Source: Trichoplax sp. H2 (taxonomy: Eukaryota). From it: DNA of 64,000 bases. Position 1 is the first letter of the stretch. Every line of letters starts with the position of its first letter. Positions 27,301 to 41,969 of this stretch are shown here, one piece after another. The DNA is taken from assembly GCA_003344405.1 (NCBI GenBank), contig NOWV01000028.1, forward strand, positions 62,001 to 126,000, read 5' to 3'. A program made the position numbers and the translations under genes. Under the pieces are notes generated by a model. It saw only the letters and a program-made list of their open reading frames with translations, ran no database searches and had not been told where the DNA came from.

Positions 27301-30300
27301 AAGATTAGAAAAGATGATATAAGTAACTACAAAATTCAAATCGCTTACCTTTCAGAGATAATTTCAGGAAATCGATAAAATTGAAACGAGAAGAACGTAT
27401 GGCTGTGTGTCGACCTAGCAATAGTAAAGATATCGTCGAGTAAGAAATTTTACGGGTATGATTAGATAATGTTTAAAATTATTCAGTCCGTAATTGATAG
27501 ATATATGCGTACTGCGCAACTATTACTATATACCGAAGGCTAGCATAAACTAGCTACATATGTTGACGTGGTTAGATTGAATAATTTTAAAACTTGGAAG
27601 TATGATATAAACGTATAACCATGCTTGAAAGTAAAGGGAAGCATTTCTATTTGCTTATAGTAGATTATAGCAACTAGCATGGGCCTCATAATATAGATTG
27701 ACAAGATTTAGGTTAGTGTATGCATAGTCCAGGGACGTATTTAAGCGATAGATGCTTGTAGATTATCATATACTGTAGCGGACTCTAATGAACCAGTAAT
27801 TACCAGCTCCACTTGATCTGTTCTTACGATATGTATACCTTGCTCTAGTAGACTGGGTGAACTATTTACTACGTTACTACAATCAGCCTTTCGTAACTTG
27901 AAATTCACTTGATATTTACGGTTGTACGCGTATTATGATACGGGCTCGTAATAAAAGCTAGATTATAGATAATTTACGTATAACATTGATATATTCTCTA
28001 TACTACAACCAAAAGATGAAACAATGTTTCAATATCACATTTAAATGAAAATCTAAGGGTGACAGATATTAAACTGAAACTTGAATGGTTATTCTTATTT
28101 TTAAAATAACTGAGGCTACGAGGTCGCGGTAAAATCTTAAGTTATACAAAATAAGATAAAGGGATACAAAGATTTAGTAATAGGTAAAATAATCATGCAT
28201 ACTTTGTAAGGGCAAGAAATTGAAAAACAATTTCGTTACACTTTAATTGATCATGTTCTTCCAGGGCTGAATCGAATTGAATTTGATCATTCACTCCAAC
28301 TGGGGTAGGTGGCTGATCTAAGCGATCTTTAATGTCGGGAAATCCAGCCGCATATAATCGAGCATAAGCGGCTCTTGATAGAGTTACTTGATGTCTAATA
28401 CAAGATAGTATTTAATCTTTAAGCCATGTGTAGAAAATCAGCATAAATGAAACACACGAATATTTAAAAGATCCATTAATTAATTAACAAAAGTAGTTAT
28501 AGACTTACGTTCTTGACACAGATCCCGTTGCTAAGATCGGATAATCATGGCTTGGAGTATCTGGTACTTGCACTAACTCAGGGCTATGTGCTACTATTCT
28601 AGGTGATTGTTTCTGTAAATTAAGTAGCAAATATCAATTGCTATACCCTCACCTGTAAATGCAACATTAATCTATAAAACCAACTTGCTAGAAACGATCT
28701 CGTGAGTATCTTACCTCATGGTACTCTTCATCAGCTAAATTGCCTACTCGCGAAATATTTTCATCAGGCTGATGTTGCGATACATTCCGTGGTCGCTGAA
28801 ATAGTATGATTGATTGCAAAATTAACTTTTGATATCTTTAATTAATTCTAATTAATAACTGCAAAATGAAAACATAGATGAACGAGCTTCTGCATGTTGA
28901 CTTACCTGTTGCACTTGTGCTTGTTGATGTGATAAGTTCGGCGATGATTTAGAGTTTCGACTTCTATAATATAAAAATGAAAATTCATATTGATTTTATC
29001 TTAGTCAAAATTCCACGCGATCAGAAAATCTGTTTCGAATCATATCTGATCTTCCTTAACAACATGTACAAATCCATGGCAGAATTAGGTCGAAAACAAG
29101 ATTCTTTAGGCTGACATTATATTTTACGACAATCAAAATTTAAAAGGTATAAATAATACAAATGATAATAAGTAGCTAAGGAGTTGTGGATACCAGGCGA
29201 AATTCCTGAAAACTTCACGTCAGCGACATTTCATATATCTTAGATATTTGAAGAATAGACTCTAAACTACGGTAGACTATTCTTTAGTAACTGAATTTTT
29301 TGGATTATAAGCTGCTTTTAGCCAAAATAATATACATTCTAGATACTCAAAAGAACACCATTTTACTAGCAACTCTATTTTATACTCTATATATTCAAAC
29401 TTACTTTGGTCCCTTCGGTAACGGAGGCTTACTACCAGGAGAACTTTTGCCATGAAAATGTAAGGCTGGATGCGATAGATAGTGATCATCGTCATTACGA
29501 TCTGGCGTTGAAACTTGACTATCATTACGAGACTGAAAGAATTGCGAATAAAGTCAGTTTATTTGCATTTATTTAATTTCATTATAATAGATAGATATTC
29601 TTTTACCACTTTGTAGTAGTACCTGATTCGATTGAGAACGACGAAGGATTGGTGTAGCAGTAACAGTTCGAACTTCGCTTGAACGCTAGTTGTAAGATAG
29701 GTTACAGATAAATTATATGTAAATGCTCAAGGTAACTCAATAGCAATCCAAATAGAACGTATTAACCCACCTTTGAATCATCTATGTAGGTAAAACTTAA
29801 TTTTCCAATACCGATGTCGGTAATCTATTGATCAGGAAAAAAATCGACCATTTAAATTTAGTGTTTACGAAATTAATTAATTACGCTACTAAAGTTTAAA
29901 GCAAGCTCTATATTAGTACTGATATTATTCATTCTTGTTACTTGGAAATACTCGTTTCGCATTAAAAAAATTTTCGGTTGTTTTAAGTAGCTTTAACTAA
30001 AGTCTTACGATGGAGCTAACATCCTTGATACTGTTATATCGTATAATACATACACATATTCTATCCGATGTCTATGAAAGACTAACAATTTACGGTGCTT
30101 AAGTTCGTTATTTACAATTATAAGTTAACTACAGCCGCTGATTTATTATCAATATCCTTTCTTCTATCGTAAGAACTATTCCATCCTTACATCTGCATGC
30201 TCATTTGCCACATTTGTAAAGACTAATGTATTGTTTGGATTTGGACTTTTGCCGCCGATCATTTTTATTGATATACGATCGCCATTTCTTTTACTTGGAC

Positions 30301-33300
30301 ACCAGGCACACCATCTTATTGCCACAGCATAAGGCTGCTGATATTGTGTGTTCTATAATTGTTTTATTAAGTTGGGGATGAGCCAATTAGAATCAACACT
30401 TAATATTTCTATCCCCATCACTAATTGAAGTTTTAATTCTATGTCATCTCCGAATATTACCTCTTTTGCAGACTGAGCAGGAGCTGGCTCTACAATAGTA
30501 TATTCTAACTGGAAGACGATTGCATACATTTCGCTGTCTGCCATTTCTGTTAACTTTAACCGACTGCGTGCTACTAACGAATTACTACCTCCACCAACTG
30601 ATAGTCCTGAACTTGAAAATGAATGACGGCGTCCAGCTCGACTAGCTGGTGCCTGCTGACTATTATCTGGTTGGAGGTAAACAATCTGAGGTTCAGCTAC
30701 ATAACTCCAGCCGTTATGAATGCCAACCTAATAATTAAGGATAATGACAATGCAATTAATTCATCTCAGTTGAATTAAAATTTTCTATAACTCAGTGCAT
30801 GGATCATAAATTCTAAAATAAAAACAGCTTACGAGTAATTTTCTATCTTGAACGGACACATTCCTTCCATCGTGTGAAATCTTCAGCTATATTGAACATT
30901 ACAGATTGACATAAAAAGACAATTTTAAATTCATTCAGATTAGAAGCGCTTTTAACCTTGAATGCACTATTAAATCATGTTATTGTAAGTCTTGCTGTGT
31001 TCTTTACCTTTCTTAATCGATCTTCATTCAATTTATTACATAAAAAATTTTCAAATTTCTCGATCGATGGATGAACCAGTATAGAAAGCTGATATAATTA
31101 AATTAAGTTAGCATATATGCCAATCGCAAATCATGTCTGTCTATAATTTTAATACTATCGAACATTGATTGCGTGCTAAAATAAAACATCAAAATATTTG
31201 TGCATCAAAATATTTGTGAGGTACCTTGTCAACAGCACATTGAATTGTTTTACATAATTTCGGTTTCTTTAGCAAGTCTGGAACTGAACAATGATTAAAG
31301 ATCATTTAAAGATTATATTCATACGTCGGACCGAATGAATTAATATATGAATGCATAATGAACATATTCTTTCCTACTTTCATTGGATTTACTGGGTAGC
31401 AATTGTAACCCAGGTATAAGGTCATCACCACAAAACATTACATTTTCGGGTAATAAATGTAATATTTTTCGCATTGCAGAATGTGTACGTAATGATAATG
31501 TGATTGTGCACCCATCAATTACTTTCAGGAAATTGTTTTCTAAATTAATGAGTATTTTCATATGCATTATTAACGAGTTGACAATATTTTTTTCTAAATT
31601 TGCTACTATTTCGATTCTAGTATTAGTTGCTAGCATTCGTAGCAAATTGATACATTTCATAATTAAATTCAACCTTCTAACGGCTCAGACATGTAACAAA
31701 GAGCTCGTGGTGTTCCATGATAGACTTTTAACCTATGTCAGCAAGGTAAATATTTTAAAGTTATATCGTCCTTGATGAAATTGTTATATTTTATAAATGA
31801 TAAATCTATTTGAACCTTGTATCTTGACTGAAAGAACAAATGTTAGTACATATACATACCTTCTAAATTGTTCTGCTGCATTCGATTTTGTATCATCTAA
31901 TTCTTGAGCTAAGTCAAATATTCGAATAATAGCCCAGCCACGATTTACTGCCTGTTGTCCTCTTTTGCCATGAAAGTCAACTATAATACACAGTTAAATA
32001 GTATCAATGTAATATCTAATTTACTATGTATGACGCCATGGCACTTGGACTTTTTATTTACTTGAATATGATACGTTGCTATAGTATCTTTAAAATATTG
32101 TTTAAACTGACAAATCAATAACATAAAAAGTTGTATAGTAAATTTTCTAAATTATCGAATAGTATGTACGGGAGGACGTCAGTAGATTACTTTTATTTCA
32201 ATGCTAGTCGTTATTGTCGCTAAGGATATCTGCAAAATGTGCATAATATATGTCTAAATGTAATTAAACCTTAGCGTTTATATGCCTTTGAGGTACACTG
32301 TAGGGAATACATTCAATCAAGTCATGATCATAAAACCAACAGAATTACTTACTTTATGATAATTTACTAAAATCTAGTATCGCAAAGATTGTTATCGCAA
32401 AGTGTAAAATGAACATATTGAATCACCATTTTTAAGACGTAGCAAAAGAAAGAATTTAAAACCGTATTTTGTACAACATCATTTATTTTAGCAACGAAAT
32501 AGCGTATAGTAATTGATTTTTCGACATTTAGCATACTAATTAATCAGATATACTCTTCGTCTAAATATTCATTTATGATCTGTAATTAATACTAGAAATC
32601 AAACACGACTTTAATACTTCCAATACAATAGGTGAAAAGATTTACGTACGTCAAATAGTAACAAACACGATACAGTTATACTGAATAAAACATAGGCATA
32701 CCTATAGCTACGATTTCAAAAACGCCAATAAGGCTTGGATCATTAATTGATGAATGAAAATATATTAGCTGGAATAAAAAATTACCAAATTTGTATTACA
32801 ACTATCTTAATCAAGCATTGACGTTAATTAGTTGAATCACAAATTGTGGAGTCATCAAATACAGGCCGCTACGTAGTTAAAATACTGTAAACAAATGTAC
32901 TGTATACTGGCAAAGAGATTACGTTATTAAATCAATGATACCGTCAGCATATCTGCAGTATAATGTATGAGTATATTAATGTCTCTGATATAACAACTAC
33001 AAAGCTAAAACTTCAATTTTAATTACATGAATCATGCTACATTTAATTCCATACATGGTTAATATCAATGAGTATGAATACAAATAAGGCCTATTTGGTG
33101 CCTTCATTCTGGCTCTATATCTACACTTTACTTACTTGATTATAGCTAAGTCGCGCATGAGATTCATCGAACTTAATACCGATAACATCAGGTCCATGCC
33201 ATGTGCTACCAATGAATTGCTTGAAAGTGGAATCGTAGAAACTACCTCTTAAGTGGTACTGTATAGAATTATACTCACCCTAAACCAAGTAGAAATATTA

Positions 33301-34357
33301 AGAAATTTCTTAAGAAATATAATATAAACATAACTTTACAATTATTTATCAATCTATCAAAAAATAGATCTAATGTATACAAATATAAAGTCGCAGAAAT
33401 GTAGGTTACAAATTCAAATTCATTACATTTTCAAAATTATCTCATCGAAGTCAGAAATCTAGCAACATTTACGTAACAAGATAATTCATATAATGAATCT
33501 TAAGAAACACTATCCACTTATAGTTCATAACTTTTGTTTTCTGTCATATCATAATTTGACATCAACATCATTGGTCACTATTAATACAACTAATCTAGCG
33601 AATTTTATCCAAATTTGACATCAATATCATTTGTCACTAGTAATACAACTAATCTAGTGAATTTTATCCAAATTTGATATCAATATCATTTGTCACTAGT
33701 AATACAACTAATCTAGCAAATTTTATTTCAAGGGATCGGATTAAGCAATTCCATATGAAGATTTCTCGTAAACTGTTTTTATCACTGCAGGTCTAGATCA
33801 AGCTATTTTGCCGTTTTTAAAGACATCAAGGACAATGTATGGATTTTAATCAATTTAATGATATTATACTCGTAGTTTAATTTTTGAACTACGTATGTTG
33901 ACATTAATTGATCAATTTCATTTGAAATTAATGCGTAAATACACGTCGTGATCCTAGTACAATACAGTATATTGAAGTCTATCCATTAAGGTGATATTTC
34001 TTAGACACAATCACCAAGGCTGTACAGCATATCGAACCTCAGTAAATGCTTTAAATCTACGACAAATAAAATAACTTGGAGATAGAAGCACTATTTAATG
34101 AATGTCAAATTTTATTTTGTAAATACGTACTGTACATATATCAACTAATTGAAGACGCATCATCGATTGAGAAGTCGATACTGTATTAAGTTAGACTTGT
34201 ATACCTCAATCGGTGGTACCAATATATTGTCGACTAATTTAATATGAAAGCAGAAAGGAGTATTTGGATTGTGTTGATTGTTGATATATCGATTATCATG
34301 AGCTGGCAGTTGACGATTTTGTGCGAAAAATTCTTGCCAATTAAATTCTTCGCCCAT
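21329..34357 (-). CDS. NPHP4: Nephrocystin-4 (ciliary transition-zone protein), ~13 kb multi-exon gene
   Basis: Start [14 protein letters not shown]; internal exons [98 protein letters not shown]; terminal [25 protein letters not shown]. These match recalled NPHP4 motifs. Confidence 0.93.
33553..33727. repeat. Intronic minisatellite, 3 copies of a 59-bp unit
   Basis: Unit aatttgacatcaatatcatttgtcactagtaatacaactaatctagtgaattttatcca starts at 33553, 33612 and 33671. Confidence 0.92.
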
Positions 34358-34494
34358 GTTTGCAGTTGGCGCCTTTAGCATCAACCAACCAGGCCGAATA
34401 TACAGTACATGGGCAGGAATGCGTTATCCCAGACGCTAGCGTTTTCTGGAGGAGATCGGAACTGTTTCTAAGCAATACAGTGAATGTTGACACG

Positions 34495-35015
34495 GTACAG
34501 TCCAATTCTTACAGTCCAATATACTGTACTTTGTACTGTACATTGTAGAGACATCATTGACACTTTTACAGTACAGTAGCGAGGTGCTTACTCTACTGTA
34601 CTGTACTGTATAGTACAGTACTCAGTTATCATTCACCAGTGCAGGCAGCGTGATACGCCACAACTGGAAGACCAGGGTCCGGACCGGACCAGACCAGACC
34701 AAGAAGACCTCCATCTGCATTTTCTAATCTACAGTACTGTACACTGTAAAGTACGGTACTGTACAGTACAGTATATTGTACAGTACAGTACTAAATCATT
34801 CTTCTACCGTACCTAGTATCGTACACAGTCTGTGCGTACTGTACTCGACGTACTGTACAGTACTGTACAGTACTGTACAGTACAGTACTGTAACAGTACA
34901 ATACAGTACAGTACAACTCTCCGGTACTACTGTGACAGTAAATCAGTCAGCTTTAGTATCAACCCGTTCAGGTATACGAAACCCTCTACTATACAGTGCT
35001 GCACAGTGTACAGTA
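34495..35015. promoter_or_regulatory. NPHP4/WDR70 divergent promoter: two CAGTA/TACTG arrays (34495-34622, 34730-35015) flanking a GC-rich core
   Basis: Lies between two oppositely oriented start codons 933 bp apart; very dense tacagtactgta units; core contains ggaccggaccagaccagacca. Confidence 0.7.
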
Positions 35016-35289
35016 TAGTAGATGGCTACATCTCTATGGAAATGTCAAGAAAAACTGACTTCTCGACGTCCAGCACAACTAGTGCTGATGATTGATTGAT
35101 TAATCCATTGGTCATTTCAATTCCAGCTCGAGATCATTCCTTTTACATGAATGTTCCAGCCAAGTTAGACATTATAAAATAAAGCTTTGATCTTACTCTA
35201 CCAAATCGTGGTGGATTGCTAATACCTGAAGCCTATTGGATTGGATCATTTCATTATCCTGTAAATACGTAAGGTAGTAGAATTATACA

Positions 35290-38200
35290 ATGGATGAAGA
35301 TTTAGAAGAAATGGCTGCTTTAAGAGGTCAGGAATATATTAAATTAGCTTCGATTTGATGCCAATTTCTTGTATTCTTACCATAGCGATAATCTTAGCAA
35401 TAGATTGTGAATGATTCGATCAGGTTGGAAAAGTGATTTCATTCGCCTTGCTACTGTCTGTAATAATAAACTTGTGGTTATCATTGAAGGACGTAGATTG
35501 CATCTTGTTATCATATCTTTCTCAATACCATTAAAATCCATTAGCTCTTAAGAAAGGTCATGGAAAAATTCCCATGCAAAATCAATTCAGGAAACCCAGT
35601 AGTAAATCTGTTAGTGAAGATAACAACGAAGACAATCAACTTATGAAAGTAATGGGAATTTCAGGATTTGGTAGGTTGTTCTGCGCCCTACAGCATGCAT
35701 ACATTTATTATTTCTACTATATGTATTGAGAACATGAATGGAGTTAGCTTTACTTAGCAACTTATTTGTACAGCAATAAAATGTTAAATGACAACTTTGC
35801 GTATATATATTTGTATGCAATGCACTATAGAATTATGACTAGAAATGGCACTCGTATCAATGTGAGCTGTGCTAGATCTGTGCAATTATAACTAATAATT
35901 GCATGTAATATAATTAATTAACTAATAATATTGAATTATCATGGACTGCATAAATTCCAAAACTTATATCTTAACTGATGTCTTTTTATGCTCAGGTAAG
36001 AAAACTGCTAAAGTATTTGATATCGAAGAAATGGTCAAACAAAGTATAGGTAACACCAGTAGTTATAAAGAAGGTACACTTGATTGATCAAACGATATTC
36101 ATTAGTGGTCATTCAAATTTCTATCCATGACTTTTCCACTGCTGCCCTTTCCTCATAGCTAATTTCGAACGTAAAGAAAGCAACTACGATGATGATAGAT
36201 CCGATGCACCAGCTGTAAACTTGCTAATATTCTTATTATATCACCTCTACTTATCTACTTACTTATGAATAATTACCTCTCCAGCATCATGACGAAATAT
36301 TTGGTCATTAATACTCCTCATTTTTCATATTATTAGGAAAATAAGACGGCGGAATCAGATGATAGTGACATGGACGATGAATTCGATAGAAATGAAGCTA
36401 ATATCGAGGTAATACTTTTAAATGATGTCGCATGTTATCGTTTCAATAAAATGCGCATATTAATAGCTGTCGTAAATTATCAGTAGTATTAAGAATTAAA
36501 AGCACAGTACCTGAATAAAAATGGATTTATCAAATAATGATCGAATTTCCAAATACAAATACTATCTGCAGTGAGATTAGTCGTTTATTTTATATACTTT
36601 CAAACAGTTTTCTCTGTTACAGGTCCATTGTAGCAGCAAGTTTATCAGTGTAGTATAATATAACTATACTACAATTAATAGCACTACATAAAAATAGCGA
36701 CGAAATTACTTGCAAAGTTTCGTTAAAAACAAGTGAATTTTTCCTCAAATTTATTCCTTCTTATTAGTCTCAAGATCTAGAATCAAAGATACCTACTACT
36801 CGTCATATAACATTAAATCATGGACGAAAAACGGTATGAAGAAACAAACTGCAATTTGCTACGTTTGAGTGGAGAATCAGATGTATTTCTTTTGCATTAA
36901 TAACATACTACAAATACGTGCTAAGGCTAGAATACTTTGCCCCTGTAAAACTTCTAACCGTTGTATGAATAGGTCTCTGCTGTTGCTATTGACCGCGGTG
37001 GTGGACGAATTGCGACTGGAGGCGTTGATTATGATGTATATAGTTTATTATACAATATTTAGCTAAAACTACCATTGAAATATATATGGTCATTAACGCC
37101 TATTTCTACCCTATTTGATGCTAAAAAGGTGAAACTGTGGGATTTTGGAGGTATGGCTGCGGCTCTGCAATCGTTTCGAACCGTTACACCGTGTGAAAGG
37201 TATTAGAATAGTAATTTGAGTAATTTCTGTGTTATTTTCTTAATGTAAACATAATCATCACTTATTTTATAATAGTCATCAAATTAAGTCACTTCAGTTC
37301 AGCTCTACTGGTGATAAGATTCTGGTTGCATCTGGCAGTGCTCAAGTACAAACCATTAATTATGTCCTCCTTATTAAATAATTGCAAATTTCTTTTTCAA
37401 AACTAAACATTTTTGCTCTTATTTTTAATTTTATAAATTTCGTATTAAGGCAAAAGTTCTCGATCGAGATGGCATGGAAATTATGGAATGTGTCAAAGGC
37501 GATCAGTACTTATCTGACATGGCTTCTACTAAGGTAATATACAAGCACTTTCATATACGTCTGCAATTATGATAATATCTGTATCAAATGTACACCTGAC
37601 AATAGTTGCTGAAAATTTTTAATACTTTCAAGGGACATGTTGCAATGCTTCATCGTGCTTGTTGGGATCCTTTCACTAATGAAGAATTTATGACTTGTTC
37701 TGACGATGGGTAAGTCGTATACTTGCATCATTGGTGTACTTTCTGTAGGTACTAAATTTACCTTAATCTCTAAAACTTATCTATGATTAATTACTATAAC
37801 CAATATCATTTTTCATCGATTATCGTAGAACGTTACGATTATGGGACGTCAATAATTCTAAAAAACATAAAACAATAATAAAAACGAAGGGCTCAGACGG
37901 TAAGTTTACGTGAGCACTGTAACATCTACTACTGTCTTTAGTATTTTGTAAAAAGTAAGTAATATACAATTAATATTACAGGCAGGAGAACTATACCGAC
38001 GACATGTACGTACAGCAAAGGACGTAGGCTGGTGGCAGGTGGTTGTCAGGTTAGCAGCACTTAGATTTTGAATTTTTGTGTTAATTTTAATTCACAAAGA
38101 ATTTATACCATAAAACTAGGACGGTTCACTGCAGCTATGGGATCCCAAAAAACCATTGGTACATTAATACTGAATTTCATCAGGAATTTCCATCTCTCTT

Positions 38201-40130
38201 GGTTTAAAATGTTAAGCTTATTAATTGCTGAAAGAGTTTTAACTTCACTGTTAATTATCTAACTTAGGTCCGACCTGCCGTCTTGATTAAAGGAGCCCAT
38301 GCCAATGGCAGCGATATTTCTAGCATATCTTTTCGCGCTAGTGGTCAAGTTTTGGCATCTCGTGCATGTAGGAACAATTACAATTTGATTAATATGTTAT
38401 TAATAATGTAGAAACAATAACTCTTCTACCACTTCAGATCATATTTATTCCTTGATTGCATAATACAAATAGGTTTGAAAAGTACTGAAATTAATGTAAT
38501 TTTATAGGCGATGACACGTTAAAAGTGTGGGATGTTCGTTCAACCAAGAAACCTTTGTTTGTAGCGAATGACCTAGTTAATCTTTATTCTATGTAAGACC
38601 AAAATTTAATCATAGTTAACAAAATATCATCAATTTAAGAATGACTAGTTTCAATTTAAAAAAACAATTTTAATTTTGCTCTGTTAGGACTTCGTGTTTG
38701 TTTAGCCCAGATGAAACATTTCTTGCAACTGGGACATCAGTTAGGAAGGGCAAAGTATGCTGTTACTGTTGTGATTAGTCTTAAACTATGAGATGTTAAC
38801 AATCGATCGATTATATACGATGACGTAGGGGAATGCTTCATTGGTATTTTATGATACTATACATTTTAACAAAATTCAAGAAATAAATATACCTGATGCA
38901 GTAAGTGAATTGGATATTTTTTACCTCCTTGGCTACTGTATGCAGTATCTATTAACTATATTTACACTTGTACAAATAACAGAGCGTGGTTGCTTGTTTA
39001 TGGCACGATAAAATTAATCAAATCATGATTGGTTGCTCCAATGGAGATATTCGATTATATTTCGATCCGTTAAGGAGCACTAAGTACGCAATAGTTGTGG
39101 CTGCATTAAATTCTATTGCATGCGTTATATTAAAGAAATCTACAGTAAACAAAATAATCTCTTTTAAATTAATGTAGGGGTGCGAAATTGTGTGCCAGCA
39201 AATCTACTCGAAAAACTGATGGTATCGTGATGAATGTCAGGCCTATAGTAATTACTCGTAAGTCATCTCATATTTTACGACTACAACAACTTGTCTAATA
39301 AAGCTTCACTACTTGAATTAAACTAGAATGTTCTTTTGGTTACTATTGATAAAATATTTGCTGTCCTTATTTTATTTTAGCTCATGCATTACCAATGTTC
39401 CGAGAGAGTAAACCGAAAAACGCAAAAAAGGCAGAAGACAAAAATCGCCAAGATCCCATTGCGTCACATAAACCCGAGTTGCCTGTAACAGGACCTGGTA
39501 AGAATCTTTTACAATACCTACTCATGATATAATTTACCCTGGCTGCTGATAAAATTACACTCCTAGATTTCTTGTGTGTAAATCAATGTTGCGATCTACC
39601 TACTATCACTCTATATAATTATAATTATTTTCAAGTCACGTATGCATCGGCAATTTCAGTAATACTGTGTACCTGTGATACATGTACCGTTTTCCTTAGG
39701 TAAAGGCGGCCGTGTTAGGTCTGGCGGTTCGCTATCAGCCTATATCGTAAAAAATTTAGCAACTGATCACATAAAGAATTTTCAAGAAGAGGATGCTAGA
39801 GCAGCAATTCTTAAACATGCCGAGGTAAATAGGTTTTTAGATGGATCGTTCTGTTTTCCTCCATGTGATTTGCCTATTGATATTACTCCTTGATATAATG
39901 TCATGTTAGACTGCCAAAGAAGATCCTTACTGGATAGCCCCTGCTTATGCTATGTATGTAAATCAACAGATTGCTTAAAATTTATTTGTGAGCAGGCAAT
40001 TGTAATAACCTATTGATATTTAATCATCAAAATGTCGGTACAACTTAGAACACAACCTAAAACAATTTTTGCTGAACCCGAAGAAGATGAAAGTGAACAA
40101 CCTGAAAATAAAAAATTTAAACCGTCGTAG
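35290..40130 (+). CDS. WDR70: WD repeat-containing protein 70, multi-exon
   Basis: Exons encode VMGISGFGKK.AKVFDIEEM, ATGGVDYDVKLWDFGGM, HQIKSLQFSSTGDKILVASGSAQAKVLDRDG.EIMECVKGDQY..DMASTKGH, ITPHALPMFRE, RQDPIASHKPELPVTGPGKGGRV, DARAAILKHA, DPYWIAPAYA.TQPKTIF; stop TAG 40128-40130. Confidence 0.93.
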
Positions 40131-41969
40131 TTGATAAGAGTCAACGAGTCATACAATCGGTCTGTTCAGGATCGGTGAAAACATGTGATCTGGGCTGTTA
40201 CAATGTTGCAAAAATTATAACTAGTTCACCCTTCAAGTCAAGTTCAACTTTCAGTTCTACGAATATTAAAAGGACGACACTCTTTGATACAAGAAATCCT
40301 TTCCAATTTTGTTCATATTTTTTAGCCACATTTTTCTGTAACTCCTCATGCTGTCGTCAACGTCGTATGTTTCTGTCAAATAAGGAAGACAATATTTGTA
40401 TCTACTACTCTTAACTTATTTTAGAAGTTAACCAGCATACGATTTTTACAAGCTACGTTATCAAGACCCATATAATACTTTTTATTATCTGGCCTGAGTA
40501 ATATTGAATGCTAATCATAGTATTTTCATAGTCAATTTTAAGATTCGATATTAATGCGATTTATTAATATCTGAAATGAATGCTTGAGTTTTACTTAGCT
40601 ATTTCTTGTGTATTACATCAGGGCATGGACTTCTACTTCTAGAGGTCCATGATTAGGAGTGGCTCTTTTTCTACGACGTTTTTAAAATTCTGCAACTGCA
40701 ATATATTGTAAACCTTCACATATTACTGAAAACTAGTTCAACCAACAGCGACTGCAAGGTGATACTCTAAGTTAATCGTTGCGTTAAATGATTCAACAGC
40801 TGTAAAATTTTTCTTGAATAATTTCCACAATTAAACTATCGCATATCCTTTATTTATTTCGAATATCATTTGCTAGTACGAAATTAGACCACATCGAAAT
40901 GACAAGGTATTAGTTCAAAAACTGCTTTCTCAATCATGAGCAGCTGTAGCTGCAGTGTACTTTCGAAGCTCATAACAAACAGACTAGAGTTGTATGTAGC
41001 ACCTTTGAGGTAATACGACTACTATAGCACGCAGCTATAAAAACAATTGCGTTGACCAACATCAATGTTAATTAGCAAAATTGCCTAGTTGCTCTGGCAG
41101 TATTGAAATAGCATTATTTTCAGATAATCAATAATACATCCGTTTTGCTGCATGAAATTAAATTGTATTAAATTTAAGTGGGAGTAGTTATAGGAGAACA
41201 ATTTAGGTTTCAGTATTTTTTCTTTGGTATACTAAAATCTGTGTTGTACATCAAGTAGCTACAGTACAATATTTACATTAGTTCCATAGTATATTAAAAA
41301 GTTGAAATAAAGAGAAGGCGATGCACATTTCTTCTTAAATTGAAATTTAATTAAAGTAATTATATGAGTTACATATAAGGCTTATGCCATTCGCTCTATA
41401 TTTAATCTAAATTATAAGCGAAAATAAACCTCTGCTTATTATATTAATTAGTTTTATGTCACACAGAATCAAAATAAATAATACTATTTAACAAACGAGA
41501 CCGAATTAATATTATTTCAATCCATCAAGGATTTTATTAACTTAATTTATCGTGGAATCGAATCTTTGTCATCCTATATGTACGTTTTTTCGAACGATAA
41601 ACAAACCAAATAGTTAGTATTAAGGCCACTTCGATCAGTTTAATATACAGATAATCCATCATTTAAATATCTACAACCTAAGACATCACCGAATTGATCA
41701 TACTCGAGCAAAATCTATTGAAATTCTTTCTTTATGCAGCCTAAGAATACACCGATGTATACTGAAATTAGAGTTTCAAATAATTTTGAACGAATTAATT
41801 CCATGTCATCAATGTGTATTATCATTAGACGAAAGCTAATTCTATCGATTCCATACAATATACAATTTAAAGTTAAAATATCAAGCACTTTAATTAAGAT
41901 TAACATCTTCTTTATAATTGGACTATTTATAAAGCAATCCCTAAGATGCGAAATTGCTATGATCAATTA

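Noticed and set aside
32222..32229. ATATCCTT on the minus strand as a U12 donor in NPHP4
   Set aside because: Lies inside an ordinary GT-AG intron whose flanking exons already join in frame.
33553..33727. CRISPR-like array
   Set aside because: Contiguous tandem units without unique spacers, in a eukaryotic intron, no cas genes.
40175..40800. Small gene overlapping the WDR70 3' end
   Set aside because: Splice-like sites exist on the minus strand, but the frames I tested contain stops and no family is recognisable.
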